A model generated the notes under the pieces. That model was not told the origin of the DNA. It saw nothing but the letters and a program-made list of their open reading frames with translations, and did not search any database. A DNA stretch of 64,000 nucleotides from an uncultured Actinomycetota bacterium (lineage in GTDB: Bacteria; Actinomycetota; Actinomycetes; Mycobacteriales; Jatrophihabitantaceae), in NCBI GenBank assembly GCA_963837325.1, contig CAWIMV010000001.1, positions 872,768-936,767 on the forward strand. Reading direction: 5' to 3'. The translations under genes were made by a program, and so were the position numbers. Of this stretch, positions 45,958 through 55,857 are shown one piece after another (the stretch's first letter is position 1; each line of letters begins with the position of its first letter).

Positions 45958-45963
45958 CCGGGG

Positions 45964-46851
45964 TCAGTGCGCAAGGGCCCACCGCAGAGCGGACTCGAGG
46001 TCGGAATGCTGATGACGGAAGCCGGCGTCGAGCAGCTTGCCCGGCACCGCTCGCTGCCCGGTGAGCACCTCCGGCGCGAACTCGCCGAGCGCGAGGCGTA
46101 TGGCGAAGGCGGGGGTCGGCACGAGCGCGGGTCGGTGTAGCAGCCGGGCCAGCGTGGCGACGAATTCCGCGTTGCGGGCTGGGACCGGCCCGGTGAGGTT
46201 CACCGGCCCGCGGAGGTCGTGTTCCAGCACGAAGCGGATAGCGGCGACCTCGTCGGCCAGCGAGATCCAGGGCATGAACTGCCGCCCGCTGCCCAGGCGA
46301 CCCGCCGCACCGAGCTGGACGATCGGCTTGAGCCGTTTCAGCAGACCGCCGGCACCGGACAGGACGAGGCCCGTGCGCACGTTCGCGACCCGGATCCCGG
46401 CACCTTCGGCCGGCAGCGTCGCCGCCTCCCACTGCTCGCACAGCTCGGCCAGGAACCCGGTGCCGCGCGGACCGGTCTCGTCGACCTCGCGGTCGCCGGT
46501 GTCGCCGTAGTAGCCGACCGCGGACGCAGACACGAGCACGCGCGGACCGTCGTCGAGCGCGGCCATCGCGGTCGCGATCGTCCACACGCTGTCGAGCCGG
46601 CTCTGCCGCAGGACCGCCTTGTAGGAGTCGGTCCAGCGGTGCTCGCCGACGCCCGCGCCGGACAGGCACACCACCGCGTCCGCACCCGCCAGCACCGAGT
46701 CGTCCAATTCGCGGCGTTCCGGCGCCCACTGCGCCTCGCCCTCGCCCGGCGGGCGCCGCACCAGCACGGTGACCTCGTGCGCGTCAGCGCGCAGCGCGTC
46801 CCGTAGCGCCTGACCGATCAATCCGGAGGCGCCGGCCAGGAAGACGCGCAT
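45964..46851 (-). CDS. TIGR01777/YfcH-family NAD-binding epimerase-like SDR (Rv2216-like)
   Basis: [16 protein letters not shown] Rossmann motif and a DUF1731-type C-terminus. Conserved neighbour of dlaT and lipB. Confidence 0.75.
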   Translation of the reverse strand: MRVFLAGASGLIGQALRDALRADAHEVTVLVRRPPGEGEAQWAPERRELDDSVLAGADAVVCLSGAGVGEHRWTDSYKAVLRQSRLDSVWTIATAMAALDDGPRVLVSASAVGYYGDTGDREVDETGPRGTGFLAELCEQWEAATLPAEGAGIRVANVRTGLVLSGAGGLLKRLKPIVQLGAAGRLGSGRQFMPWISLADEVAAIRFVLEHDLRGPVNLTGPVPARNAEFVATLARLLHRPALVPTPAFAIRLALGEFAPEVLTGQRAVPGKLLDAGFRHQHSDLESALRWALAH

Positions 46852-48482
46852 CAGCCCAACCCGAGCGCCCGTTCGAAGACGCCGGCTTCGAGGCGGTGCT
46901 TCATCGTGGTGAGGAAGCGCGCGGCGTCGGCGCCGTCGACGATGCGGTGGTCGTAGGACAGCGCAAGGTAGACCATCGAGCGGACGGCGATGGTCTCGCC
47001 GAGGTCCTCGTCGGCGACCACGACCGGGCGCTTGACCACCGCGCCGGTGCCGAGGATCGCGACCTGAGGCTGGTTGATGATCGGGGTGTCGAACAGGGCG
47101 CCCCGGCTGCCGGTGTTGGTGATCGTGAACGTCCCGCCGCCGAGTTCGTCCGGGCTGACCTTGTTGGCCCGCATCCGGTCGGCCAGATCGGCGATCTTGC
47201 GGGCCAGCCCGCCCAGGTTCAGGTCACCGGCATTGTGGATCACTGGCACGGCCAGGCCGCGCTCGGTGTCGACCGCGATACCCAGGTGCTCCGCGTCGTG
47301 GTAAGTGATCGTCTTGGCCTCGACATCGATGGAGGCGTTCACGACCGGATGGGCCTTGAGCGCCTCGATGGCTGCTACGGCGAAGAATGGCAGGAAGCTC
47401 AGCTTGACCCCCTCGCGGGCCGCGAAGTCCTCCTTCGTCTGCTCACGCAGCCGGGCGATCCGGGTGACGTCCACCTCGACCACTGTGGTGAGTTGGGCCG
47501 AGACCTGCAGCGACTCGACCATGCGGCTGGCGATCACCTGGCGCATCCGCGACATCGGCTCGACCCGGCCGCGCTGTGCGGCCGGCGCCCCGGACGGGGC
47601 CGAAGCGGCGGCCGGTGCCTTGGCCGCAGCGGGGGCCGCAGCCGGCCGGGCGGCCGGAGCCGGTGCCGGGGTCGGTGCCGGCGCGGCGTGGGCCGGAGCA
47701 CTCGTCGGAGCGGGCGCCGTGCCTGCTGTCTGGGCGTCCTGCCGGTCGGACCCGGCCGCGGCCAAGACGTCGGACTTGCGGATCCGGCCGCCCACGCCGG
47801 TGCCCCTGATGCTGCTCAGGTCGACACCGTGCTCGCTGGCCAGTCGGCGCACGAGCGGAGTGACGTACGTGCCAGCGACGTCGTCCTCGTCGTCGTCGGC
47901 CTTGGCCGGGGCGCGCTGCTCGGCCGGGGACGGTTCCTGCTGCTGCTCTCCCGATGCCGGCTCGCGGTCGGGCTCGGCCTCAGGTTCAGGTTGAGGCTCC
48001 GGTTCCGGTTCAGGTTCGGGCGAAACGGCCTCTGCGGCCTTCTGCGGCTCATCCGCCTGGCCCTCGGCCGGCTGCTGCTCGGGCTGGCCAGCGTTGGATT
48101 CGTCGTCCTGCTCGGTTTGGCGGGGTTGCTCCGCCGCTTCGGTACTCGCCGCGTCGTCCTGATCCGTGTCGTCCTGCCCCGCGTCGGTGTCACCGGAATC
48201 GGAGTCGTCACCGCCGCCGTCGTCGTCGCCCCCTGCAGCCTCGTCGGAGTCGCCGATCACGGCGAGCTCAACGCCGATCTCGACCGTCTCGTCCTCTTGG
48301 ACCTTGATCGAGAGCACGGTGCCCGCGGCCGGTGACGGGACCTCGGTGTCGACCTTGTCGGTGGAGACCTCGAGTAGCGGCTCGTCGGCGTCGACGTGGT
48401 CGCCCTCGTTCTTCAGCCAGCGGGTAACGGTGCCTTCGGTGACGCTCTCACCGAGGCGGGGCATTGTTACGGAGACCGGCAT
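46851..48482 (-). CDS. dlaT: dihydrolipoamide acyltransferase E2 component (DlaT/SucB)
   Basis: Lipoyl domain ([17 protein letters not shown]), an Ala/Pro/Glu-rich linker, a peripheral-subunit-binding domain ([15 protein letters not shown]) and a catalytic domain with DHRIVDGA. Confidence 0.9.
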   Translation of the reverse strand: MPVSVTMPRLGESVTEGTVTRWLKNEGDHVDADEPLLEVSTDKVDTEVPSPAAGTVLSIKVQEDETVEIGVELAVIGDSDEAAGGDDDGGGDDSDSGDTDAGQDDTDQDDAASTEAAEQPRQTEQDDESNAGQPEQQPAEGQADEPQKAAEAVSPEPEPEPEPQPEPEAEPDREPASGEQQQEPSPAEQRAPAKADDDEDDVAGTYVTPLVRRLASEHGVDLSSIRGTGVGGRIRKSDVLAAAGSDRQDAQTAGTAPAPTSAPAHAAPAPTPAPAPAARPAAAPAAAKAPAAASAPSGAPAAQRGRVEPMSRMRQVIASRMVESLQVSAQLTTVVEVDVTRIARLREQTKEDFAAREGVKLSFLPFFAVAAIEALKAHPVVNASIDVEAKTITYHDAEHLGIAVDTERGLAVPVIHNAGDLNLGGLARKIADLADRMRANKVSPDELGGGTFTITNTGSRGALFDTPIINQPQVAILGTGAVVKRPVVVADEDLGETIAVRSMVYLALSYDHRIVDGADAARFLTTMKHRLEAGVFERALGLG

Positions 48483-48517
48483 GGTCGAACGACTCCTTCA
48501 GGATGGGGTGTGCGGCG

Positions 48518-49936
48518 TCAGTCGTGTACGTGCAGGGGCTTGCCGGCCATCAGCAGGTGCGCCTCGCCGATTGCCTCGGACTGGGTCGGGTGCGGGTGGA
48601 TCAGCTGCGCGACCTCGCTCGGCAGCGCCTCCCAGTTGTAGATCAACTGGGCCTCGGCGATGAGCTCGCCGACCCGCTCACCGACGATGTGCACGCCCAG
48701 CACCGGGCCGTCCACCTGGGCGACGAGCTTGACCGCGCCCTTGGCGTTGAGAATCGCGCTGCGGCCGTTGCCGGACAGGTCGTAGGTGACGGTCTTGATG
48801 TTGTCAGCGCCGACCTTCTCGGCCGCCTGGGCTTCGGTCAGTCCGACCGAGGCGACCTCGGGTGCGGAGTAGGTGATGCGGGGGACCCCGGCGTAGTCGA
48901 TGGGCACGACCGGCAACCCGGCAATGTGCTCGGCGACCATGATGCCTTCGGCGAAACCGACATGCGCGAGTTGCAGCGTGGGGATGAGATCGCCCACCGC
49001 GTAGACGCCGTCGACCCCGGTGCGGCAGTACTCGTCGACGACGACGAAGCCGCGGTCGAGCTTGATGCCCTGTTCCTCGTAGCCGAGATCAGAGGTGGTC
49101 GGCCCGCGCCCGACCGCGACCAGCAGCAGCTCGGCCTCGAGGGTATCGCCACCTTCCAGGTGTACGCGCACGCCGTCGTCGGTGGGCTCGACGCGCTCGA
49201 AGCGGGCATTGAGCTTGAAGTTGATGCCGCGCCGCCGGAAGGCCCGTTCCAGCAGCTTGGAGTTGGCCTCGTCCTCGAGCGGGACGAGATGCGGCAGCGC
49301 CTCGACGATCGTCACGTCCGCCCCGAACGAGCGCCAGGCGCTCGCGAACTCGACCCCGATGACGCCGCCGCCGAGGACGACAGCAGAGGCCGGCACGTGG
49401 TCGAGTTGCAGCGCGTGCTCGCTGGCGATCACCCGCCGGCCGTCGAGATCGAGACCGGGCAGGGTGCGCGAGTACGAGCCGGTCGCCAGAATCACGTTCT
49501 CGCCGGTGTAGGTGTCGCCGTTCACCGACACCGTCTTCGGCCCGGTGAGGCGGCCCTCGCCCTCGACGATCTGGATGCCGCGGCTCTTGATCAGGCCGAC
49601 CAGGCCCTTGTGGTTCTTGCTCACGACGCCGTCCTTGTACTTGTGGACGCCGGCCATGTCGATGCCTTCGAAGGTGGCGTTGACGCCGAACTGCGAGCTC
49701 TCGCGGGCCTGATCGGCGATCTCGCCGGCGTGCAGCAGCGCCTTGGTCGGGATGCAACCGCGATGCAGGCAGGTGCCGCCTACCTTGTCACGCTCGACCA
49801 GCACCACGGACTTGCCGAGTTCGGCCGCCCGTAGCGCCGCGGCGTACCCCCCGCTGCCGCCACCGAGGATGACGAGATCGGACTGGTTGTCGGCCACTGC
49901 TGCTCCTGCTTCGTTGATGGGACGCGCATCATCCAT
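48518..49936 (-). CDS. lpd: dihydrolipoyl dehydrogenase (E3)
   Basis: Has an FAD-binding site (LVILGGGSGGY), a redox-active disulfide (GGTCLHRGCIPTK) and an NAD site (VVLGGGVIGVEF). The C-terminal His/Glu interface is present. Confidence 0.95.
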   Translation of the reverse strand: MDDARPINEAGAAVADNQSDLVILGGGSGGYAAALRAAELGKSVVLVERDKVGGTCLHRGCIPTKALLHAGEIADQARESSQFGVNATFEGIDMAGVHKYKDGVVSKNHKGLVGLIKSRGIQIVEGEGRLTGPKTVSVNGDTYTGENVILATGSYSRTLPGLDLDGRRVIASEHALQLDHVPASAVVLGGGVIGVEFASAWRSFGADVTIVEALPHLVPLEDEANSKLLERAFRRRGINFKLNARFERVEPTDDGVRVHLEGGDTLEAELLLVAVGRGPTTSDLGYEEQGIKLDRGFVVVDEYCRTGVDGVYAVGDLIPTLQLAHVGFAEGIMVAEHIAGLPVVPIDYAGVPRITYSAPEVASVGLTEAQAAEKVGADNIKTVTYDLSGNGRSAILNAKGAVKLVAQVDGPVLGVHIVGERVGELIAEAQLIYNWEALPSEVAQLIHPHPTQSEAIGEAHLLMAGKPLHVHD

Positions 49937-50067
49937 CTTGGCACCAACCTCTCGGGAAGGTCACAGGGGGCGATGTGGCCGATCCCCGGTGGATACCGCC
50001 CTCGCGGTGGGATCATGGGCTCAGATCGTGATGCCGGGGTACGCCTCGACGAGCGCTGGAGAGTCCG

Positions 50068-50421
50068 GTGGGTTGGTTACCTCGCAGGAACAAGCACCGT
50101 GCCGGTACCTTGCGCACCGCAACGTCGGACGATCTGGATCATTTGTCGGATTTCGTCAGGTCGCGCACGGGGGTCGAGGCCTACATCGAGCCGCGCACGG
50201 CAGTCACCGAGACCACGGTGGTCCTCGTCGCCGCCACTGGCGAGTGGACCCGGCGCCGCGTCGGCGGGGCCGATGCAGCCCGGTCGTTCAGCAAGAAGCA
50301 CGCCATCCCGCTCTACGACGTCGGCGTGGTCGGGTACCCGAAGCGGATGCGAGAGTGGACGGCCCACCGCAAGCTGAGCGGTGAGACCGGCCCGCCCGGG
50401 ACGACCGGACCGTCGCTGTGA
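50068..50421 (+). CDS. hypothetical protein (start uncertain)
   Basis: 117-aa ORF with GC3 bias; no motif recognised. Confidence 0.3.
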   Translation: MGWLPRRNKHRAGTLRTATSDDLDHLSDFVRSRTGVEAYIEPRTAVTETTVVLVAATGEWTRRRVGGADAARSFSKKHAIPLYDVGVVGYPKRMREWTAHRKLSGETGPPGTTGPSL

Positions 50422-51059
50422 CAACCGCCAACGGCACCGGTGGCGGCGAGCCGCCCGACGACGCCACCTCACCCGAGAGGGGACCGCGAACCGGGTCGGA
50501 ACTTCCCGCCGGCTCGCCCGTCGACTCGCTCGCGGCCGCGCTCGGGGTGGTGCCCAAGCAGCTCACCCTTCCACTGCCGCGATGGCTGGGCCCGCTGGCG
50601 GTGTGCTGCGCGGTGGGCATCATCCCGTGGATCGTCTACCTGGCGATGACCCTGCCTGATCGCACTCGCGCCGACGACTATGACATCGCCTGGGTCGGCT
50701 ACGACGCGGCGATGTGTGCGGTGCTGACCGCGCTCGCGTATTGCGCCCTGCGCCGCAAGACGGCCACGGGAGCGATCGCCGCGGTGGCTGCGACCATGCT
50801 CGTCGTCGACGCCTGGTTCGACATCGTCACCACCGACAAGGGCGACCAGTTGATGGCCGCCATCATCTCTGCGGCCTTCGCCGAGATTCCCCTCGCGATC
50901 GTGTGCGCCTGGGTGGCGATCAACTCCGAGCGGGTGCGGGCCCGCGCCTACCGAAGCCTGCGGATGCGGTGGGAGCGGGCGCTGGAGGTCGCGCGCACCG
51001 GCACGCCCGAGGCCGGGGCGCCGGTCAGCGATCAGCCAGTTCCGCCACCGCCGCGATGA
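50418..51059 (+). CDS. hypothetical membrane protein
   Basis: An acidic/Gly-rich N-terminus followed by 4 hydrophobic helices (LGPLAVCCAVGIIPWIVYLAM...). Confidence 0.45.
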   Translation: MTTANGTGGGEPPDDATSPERGPRTGSELPAGSPVDSLAAALGVVPKQLTLPLPRWLGPLAVCCAVGIIPWIVYLAMTLPDRTRADDYDIAWVGYDAAMCAVLTALAYCALRRKTATGAIAAVAATMLVVDAWFDIVTTDKGDQLMAAIISAAFAEIPLAIVCAWVAINSERVRARAYRSLRMRWERALEVARTGTPEAGAPVSDQPVPPPPR

Positions 51060-52104
51060 GCGTGCGCACGACCGCGCCGGTGCCGCCCTTGGGCGTGTAG
51101 CCGTATGCGCCGCCGTCGTTCCACGACGGGCCGGCGATGTCCAGATGGACCCACGGCAACCCGTCCCGGACGAAGTCGGCGAGGAAGTGGCCTCCGACGA
51201 GCATGCCGCCGGCCCGATCGCCGGTGACGTTGCCGAGGTCGGCTACGGGGGAGTCCAGGCCGCCGCGCAGGTCCTCGGGCAGCGGCATCGCCCACACGGT
51301 TTCGCCGGCCCCGTTGCCTGCGGCACTGACCCGGTCGCGCAGCGCCGGCTCGCCCCAATGACGCGGGAACCCAGCGCGACCAGCTGCGCACCGGTGAGCG
51401 TCGAGGTCTCGATCAGGTAGTCCGGCTCGTCCTCGACGGCGCGCGAGATCGCGTCGGCCAGGATGAGACGGCCTTCGGCGTCGGTGTTGCCGACCTCGAC
51501 AGTGTGGCCGCTGCGCATCCGCAGGACATCCGACGGCCGGCACGCCGATCCGGATGCATGTTCTCCGCCATCGGCACGGTCGCGATGACCTCGACCGGCA
51601 GCTTGAGGGCGGCAATCGCGACCACGCTGGCGACCACCGCCGCCGCGCCGCCCATGTCGCCCTTCATCGAGAACATGTTCGCCGTCTTGATGTTCAGGCC
51701 ACCGGAGTCGAACGTGATGCCCTTGCCCACCAGCGCGACCCTTCGGCAATCGCGTCCACCGCGGCGTCGATGGCGATATGGACGTGTTTGTGACTGGTCA
51801 GGGCGCGGAGCGCGGCGCCGACTCCACGGCGGACCTGTTCGGCGGCACTGGTGCTTGGGCCCAGACCGGTGGCGACAACCAGCGGAAACGGCGCCAGTCC
51901 GAGCGTCGGGATCTTCGTGACTTCGTCGGCCTTGCCGACTGCGCCGGTCGTCTTCAACGCCGCGGCGAGTCGCTTGCCCAGCGCCGCGTCGACCGGTTTG
52001 GCGCCGGGTGCGAGGCGTGGGCCGTCCGGGCCGGCAACGACGCCGACGACGACGGCGTCGGCGGAGATCGGCCCGGAGGGATCAGAAATCGAGACGGAGA
52101 CCAT
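51025..52104 (-). pseudogene. pepB: degraded leucyl aminopeptidase (M17, PepA/PepB) with an internal deletion and at least two frameshifts
   Basis: The M17 sequence is spread over four minus-strand frames. The N-terminal domain is [11 protein letters not shown]...AVDAIAEG. Then come [14 protein letters not shown]...VPMAENM, then [30 protein letters not shown]...[17 protein letters not shown], then the C-terminus [12 protein letters not shown]...WVHLDIAGPSWN. About 120 aa between the N-domain and the GKG motif are missing, and total length is ~360 aa against ~500 expected. Confidence 0.65.
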
Positions 52105-52168
52105 GAGCGCGATCGTATTGGGCGCTCCCAGACGGTTTCCGGGCCGCGCTTGTCGATACGGTGCGGTT

Positions 52169-53275
52169 ATGAGTCTGCTGCGATCACCGTTGTACGAACG
52201 GCACGTCGGGCTGAAGGCCAAGCTTGCCGATTTCGGTGGCTGGGAGATGCCGATCGAGTACGCAGCCAGCGGCGGCGGCGTGCTGAAGGAACACGCGGCG
52301 GTGCGCGAGAGCGTCGGCGTCTTCGACGTCTCGCACCTCGGCAAGGCCACGGTGCGCGGGCCGGGTGCGCGCGCGTTCGTGAACGCCTGCCTGTCCAACG
52401 ACCTCGGCCGGATCGAGCCCGGTCAGGCGCAATACACGCTGTGTTGTGACGAGTCCGGCGGTGTCGTCGACGACCTCATCGCCTACCTGGTCAGCGACGA
52501 CGAAGTGTTCCTGGTGCCCAACGCCGCGAACACGGCTGAGGTCGTGCGCCGGCTCAGTGCAGCCGCTCCGGACGGCGTCGAGGTCACCGGGCAGCACGAG
52601 CGCTTCGGTGTCCTGGCGGTGCAGGGGCCGCGGTCGGCCGATGTTCTCGCTCGGCTGGGGCTGCCGGCCGACCAGGCCTACATGGCCTACGCCGACAGCG
52701 CCTTCGACGGCCGCCCGGTGCGAATTTGCCGCACCGGCTATACCGGGGAGCACGGTTACGAGCTCATCCCGGCCTGGGGCGACACGGTGACGCTGTGGGA
52801 TGCGCTCGTCGAGGTGGTCGCCGAACTCGACGGGAGGCCGGCCGCGCTCGGCGCCCGTGACACGCTGCGGACCGAAATGGGCTACCCGTTGCACGGCCAG
52901 GACCTGTCGCTCGAGATATCGCCGCTGCAGGCCCGTTCGGGCTGGGCGGTGGGCTGGAAGAAGGACGCCTTCTGGGGTCGCGACGCTCTCGTGGCGGAGA
53001 AGGCGGCGGGGCCGGCCCGGTTGCTGTGGGGGATCGAGGGTCTCGGGCGCGGGATCCCGCGCGCGCACATGCCGGTGCTGGACCACTCCGGGACCGAGAT
53101 TGGCGAGGTGACCAGCGGGACGTTCTCGCCGACGCGGAAGGTCGGCATCGGCCTGGCCCTGATCTCGACGGCGTCCGGCGTGGGTGAGGGTGACGAGGTT
53201 TCGGTCGACGTGCGCGGCCGACCGTCGGCAGTGCGCGTGGTCAAACCACCGTTCGTCGCTTCCCACGTCCGGTAG
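52169..53275 (+). CDS. gcvT: glycine-cleavage system T protein (aminomethyltransferase)
   Basis: Start [12 protein letters not shown], then [20 protein letters not shown] and [10 protein letters not shown], the GcvT signature. Confidence 0.9.
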   Translation: MSLLRSPLYERHVGLKAKLADFGGWEMPIEYAASGGGVLKEHAAVRESVGVFDVSHLGKATVRGPGARAFVNACLSNDLGRIEPGQAQYTLCCDESGGVVDDLIAYLVSDDEVFLVPNAANTAEVVRRLSAAAPDGVEVTGQHERFGVLAVQGPRSADVLARLGLPADQAYMAYADSAFDGRPVRICRTGYTGEHGYELIPAWGDTVTLWDALVEVVAELDGRPAALGARDTLRTEMGYPLHGQDLSLEISPLQARSGWAVGWKKDAFWGRDALVAEKAAGPARLLWGIEGLGRGIPRAHMPVLDHSGTEIGEVTSGTFSPTRKVGIGLALISTASGVGEGDEVSVDVRGRPSAVRVVKPPFVASHVR

Positions 53276-53334
53276 GACCCCGATTGTGCAACTCTTGGTG
53301 GCCTGAGGCAGCCAAGAGTTCTACATCGGTTGGA

Positions 53335-54534
53335 TCAGGCTTCGTGCTCCTCGGCCGCCGGATCGATGGGCTCCTTGGCCAGGCCGGTGTTCTCGGCGAC
53401 GGGGAAGCCGGTTTCGCCCTCGGGTCCGGCCGGGGTGGCGCGCAGCGCGTGCACGGTCGTATTGAGGAAGGCGACGAGCGGCACCGCCATCAACGCGCCG
53501 GGGATGCCGCCGAGCTTCGTGCCGGTGATCACCGCGAGGGCGATCGCGAGCGGGTGGACCTCGACGCTGCGGCTCATGATCACCGGCTGCAGCAGGTGCG
53601 CTTCGAGCTGGACGAGCACGATGATCGACGCCCCGACGACGATCGCCGCCGTCGGCCCGTGTTCGAGCAGCGTGATCGCCACACAGAGGGCACCGGTGAC
53701 AGTCAGGCCGACGAGCGGGACGAACGAGCCCAGGAAGATCAGCACCGCGAGCGCGGCGGCGAGGGGGACCCGTAACACCAGCAGCAGCAGGAAGATCGAG
53801 ATGCCGTGGAACAGGGCGATCAACAGCTGGCCGCGCATGTATCCGCCGAGAGTGCCCCAGCCGGCCCGTCCGGCGTGATCCATCCGCGGTTGGGCGCGAG
53901 CGGGGAACAGCCGCAGCACCCAGTTCCATACCGCTTCGCCGTCGCGCAGCAGGAAGAACGTCGACAGCAGAATGAGCAGCAGCGCGGCCAAGCCCTCGGC
54001 CGCCGTGCGCAGTGTCGCGATGGCGCCGCTGATCAGCTGACCCTGGTGATCCTTGATCGTCTGGGTGATGTTGGCGCTGAGCTTGTCCAGATCACCGGAT
54101 TTCACGTGCAGGGGGCCGGTGCGCAGCCAGTTCTTCGCCTTGTCGACGAAACTGGTGACCTGATCGCCGAGCTCGCCGGAGTGCGTCGTGATCTGCCACG
54201 TGACGAACCAACCGACGCCGATCAGGGCAGCGACGCCGATGAGCAGCGAGAGCGCGGCCGGCAAGGACTTGGGCCCCGGCAGCACGGCCCGCAGCCGCTG
54301 CTCGAGCGGGTGCAGCACGGCGGTGAAGAACATCGCGAGGATGAACGAGAACGCGACCAGTTCGACTCGGGCGAAGATTTTGACGAACAGGTACAGCCCG
54401 GCCGCGATCACGATCAGCCGCCAGCTCCACGCCGCGGCGACGCGAACCTGCCAAGTAACGGCCTCGACCGCGTCGTGCCGGGTGTCCGACAGCGGCGGGG
54501 TCGTGGGCTCGGGCGGGACTTCGAGCGAACTCAC
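53335..54534 (-). CDS. AI-2E-family (PerM/UPF0118) transporter
   Basis: 399 aa with 8 TM helices and the conserved central region of the AI-2E family. Confidence 0.7.
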   Translation of the reverse strand: MSSLEVPPEPTTPPLSDTRHDAVEAVTWQVRVAAAWSWRLIVIAAGLYLFVKIFARVELVAFSFILAMFFTAVLHPLEQRLRAVLPGPKSLPAALSLLIGVAALIGVGWFVTWQITTHSGELGDQVTSFVDKAKNWLRTGPLHVKSGDLDKLSANITQTIKDHQGQLISGAIATLRTAAEGLAALLLILLSTFFLLRDGEAVWNWVLRLFPARAQPRMDHAGRAGWGTLGGYMRGQLLIALFHGISIFLLLLVLRVPLAAALAVLIFLGSFVPLVGLTVTGALCVAITLLEHGPTAAIVVGASIIVLVQLEAHLLQPVIMSRSVEVHPLAIALAVITGTKLGGIPGALMAVPLVAFLNTTVHALRATPAGPEGETGFPVAENTGLAKEPIDPAAEEHEA

Positions 54535-54609
54535 AGGTACGTCCAGTCGGTCGAGGGAGCGTGGTTACGACGATAACGGTCGGGTCGTCTGGATCCGGCG
54601 CGTGCGAGC

Positions 54610-55551
54610 TTATGCGGGAGGCGCGTCGTCGCGATCCGCTTCGGCCGACGCGCTGTCGGCGTCGGTCGGTGCCACCGGGACGGCGGCAACCAGTCGCCCG
54701 AGCACGCTCACGGCGGCGCGAAGCACCGGCACGGCGAGCAACCCGGCGGTGCCATCGCCGAGGCCGGTGCCGAGGTCGAGCACGGCGCGCTGGCCGAGCT
54801 TGGTCAGCGCGAGTTCGTGGGCCGGTTCGGCTGACACATCGGCACATTTCCACCACCGCACTGCCCGTGGCTGCGCTTCGTACGCGACGAGTGCCGCGGT
54901 CACAGCCGGCAGACCGTCAAGCAGGACCGGAGTGCGGCGCGCGGCGCAGCGCAGCACGAACCCGGCGGCGGCGGCGAGGTCCGGGCCGCCGGTCACGTCG
55001 AGCAACGCGGCCGGCTCGCTGCGATGCGGCATGGCCAGCCGGCGAGCATCGCGTACCGCCACCGCCTGCCGCATCCATTCCTCGGGAGCAAGGCGGGTAC
55101 CACGCGGCAGTACCTTCACCGGCTCGGTGTTGGTGAGGACCGAGACGAGGGCGAGCGAACGCGTGCCGGCATCGGGGCCTTGCACGGCGACGACGACCAG
55201 ATCCGCGCCGGCGTCGACCTCTGCGTCGGCCAACTCGGCACCGGCCTGAATGGCTTGCTCGACCGGCTGTTCCGAACCGGCGACGGTGCGAATGCCGGCA
55301 TCGACCAGTTCCGCGATCGCCTCGGGCGAGCGGGACGGGTCCGGCGCGGTCGGTGGTGACCCGAACACCACCGCCCGGACGCGGACGAAATCCCGCGGCG
55401 GGTAGCAGCCCTGCACGCCGGCGAGCCATTCGGCCAGCTCACCCAGTCGGCCGCAGTCGACAGGCGCCGACGCCAGTGCGGCCCGGGCCGCCGAAGCCGC
55501 GTCGTTGTCGGGCCAGTCCACGTCCGCGGCAATAGACAGCATGTCGCTCAT
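54610..55551 (-). CDS. cobT: nicotinate-nucleotide–dimethylbenzimidazole phosphoribosyltransferase
   Basis: Start MSDMLSIAADVDWPDND. The CobT fold includes GRLGELAEWLAGVQG. Neighbours are conserved as around Rv2207. The longer ORF-track start at 55764 is an upstream extension. Confidence 0.7.
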   Translation of the reverse strand: MSDMLSIAADVDWPDNDAASAARAALASAPVDCGRLGELAEWLAGVQGCYPPRDFVRVRAVVFGSPPTAPDPSRSPEAIAELVDAGIRTVAGSEQPVEQAIQAGAELADAEVDAGADLVVVAVQGPDAGTRSLALVSVLTNTEPVKVLPRGTRLAPEEWMRQAVAVRDARRLAMPHRSEPAALLDVTGGPDLAAAAGFVLRCAARRTPVLLDGLPAVTAALVAYEAQPRAVRWWKCADVSAEPAHELALTKLGQRAVLDLGTGLGDGTAGLLAVPVLRAAVSVLGRLVAAVPVAPTDADSASAEADRDDAPPA

Positions 55552-55656
55552 TGGGACCGACGGTACCGGTGCCGGGCTCCCGCGGTCGCCGGTGTGCCGG
55601 CGTCGGTCAGTAAGGTCCAACGTCACAACGGCCGGGAGGACAGCGGGGAGACGTCG

Positions 55657-55857
55657 ATGACGTGGACATGGCGGCTGGAGTCGGTCGATGGCACCGCCCT
55701 GAAGGATCCAGCCTCGCCCATGCACGGCAGCCAATCCGACGCCGAGAGCTGGCTCGGCGAGCACTGGCGCGAACTGGCCGATGCCGGCGTCGCGCAGGCC
55801 ACCCTGCTCGACGCCGGCACCGTCGTCTACGGGCCGATGTCCCTCGCCGAGGACTAG
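55657..55857 (+). CDS. small hypothetical protein (66 aa)
   Basis: Start MTWTWRLESVDG with GGGGAG 7 nt upstream; very strong GC3 bias; between cobT and mmpL. Confidence 0.4.
   Translation: MTWTWRLESVDGTALKDPASPMHGSQSDAESWLGEHWRELADAGVAQATLLDAGTVVYGPMSLAED

Noticed and set aside
47940-48060. Short tandem CCGGAACC/TGAACC repeats
   Set aside because: They lie inside dlaT and encode the Pro/Glu/Ala inter-domain linker ([15 protein letters not shown]). This is ordinary E2 linker low complexity, not a VNTR or CRISPR-like array.
46896-48335. 479-aa plus-strand ORF antisense to dlaT
   Set aside because: dlaT (lipoyl domain, PSBD, catalytic DHRxxDG) is on the minus strand.
52105-52168. Looked for a glycine riboswitch upstream of gcvT
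   Set aside because: Only 64 nt separate the pepB start from the gcvT start. No GGAGAG/CACCG aptamer cores are present.
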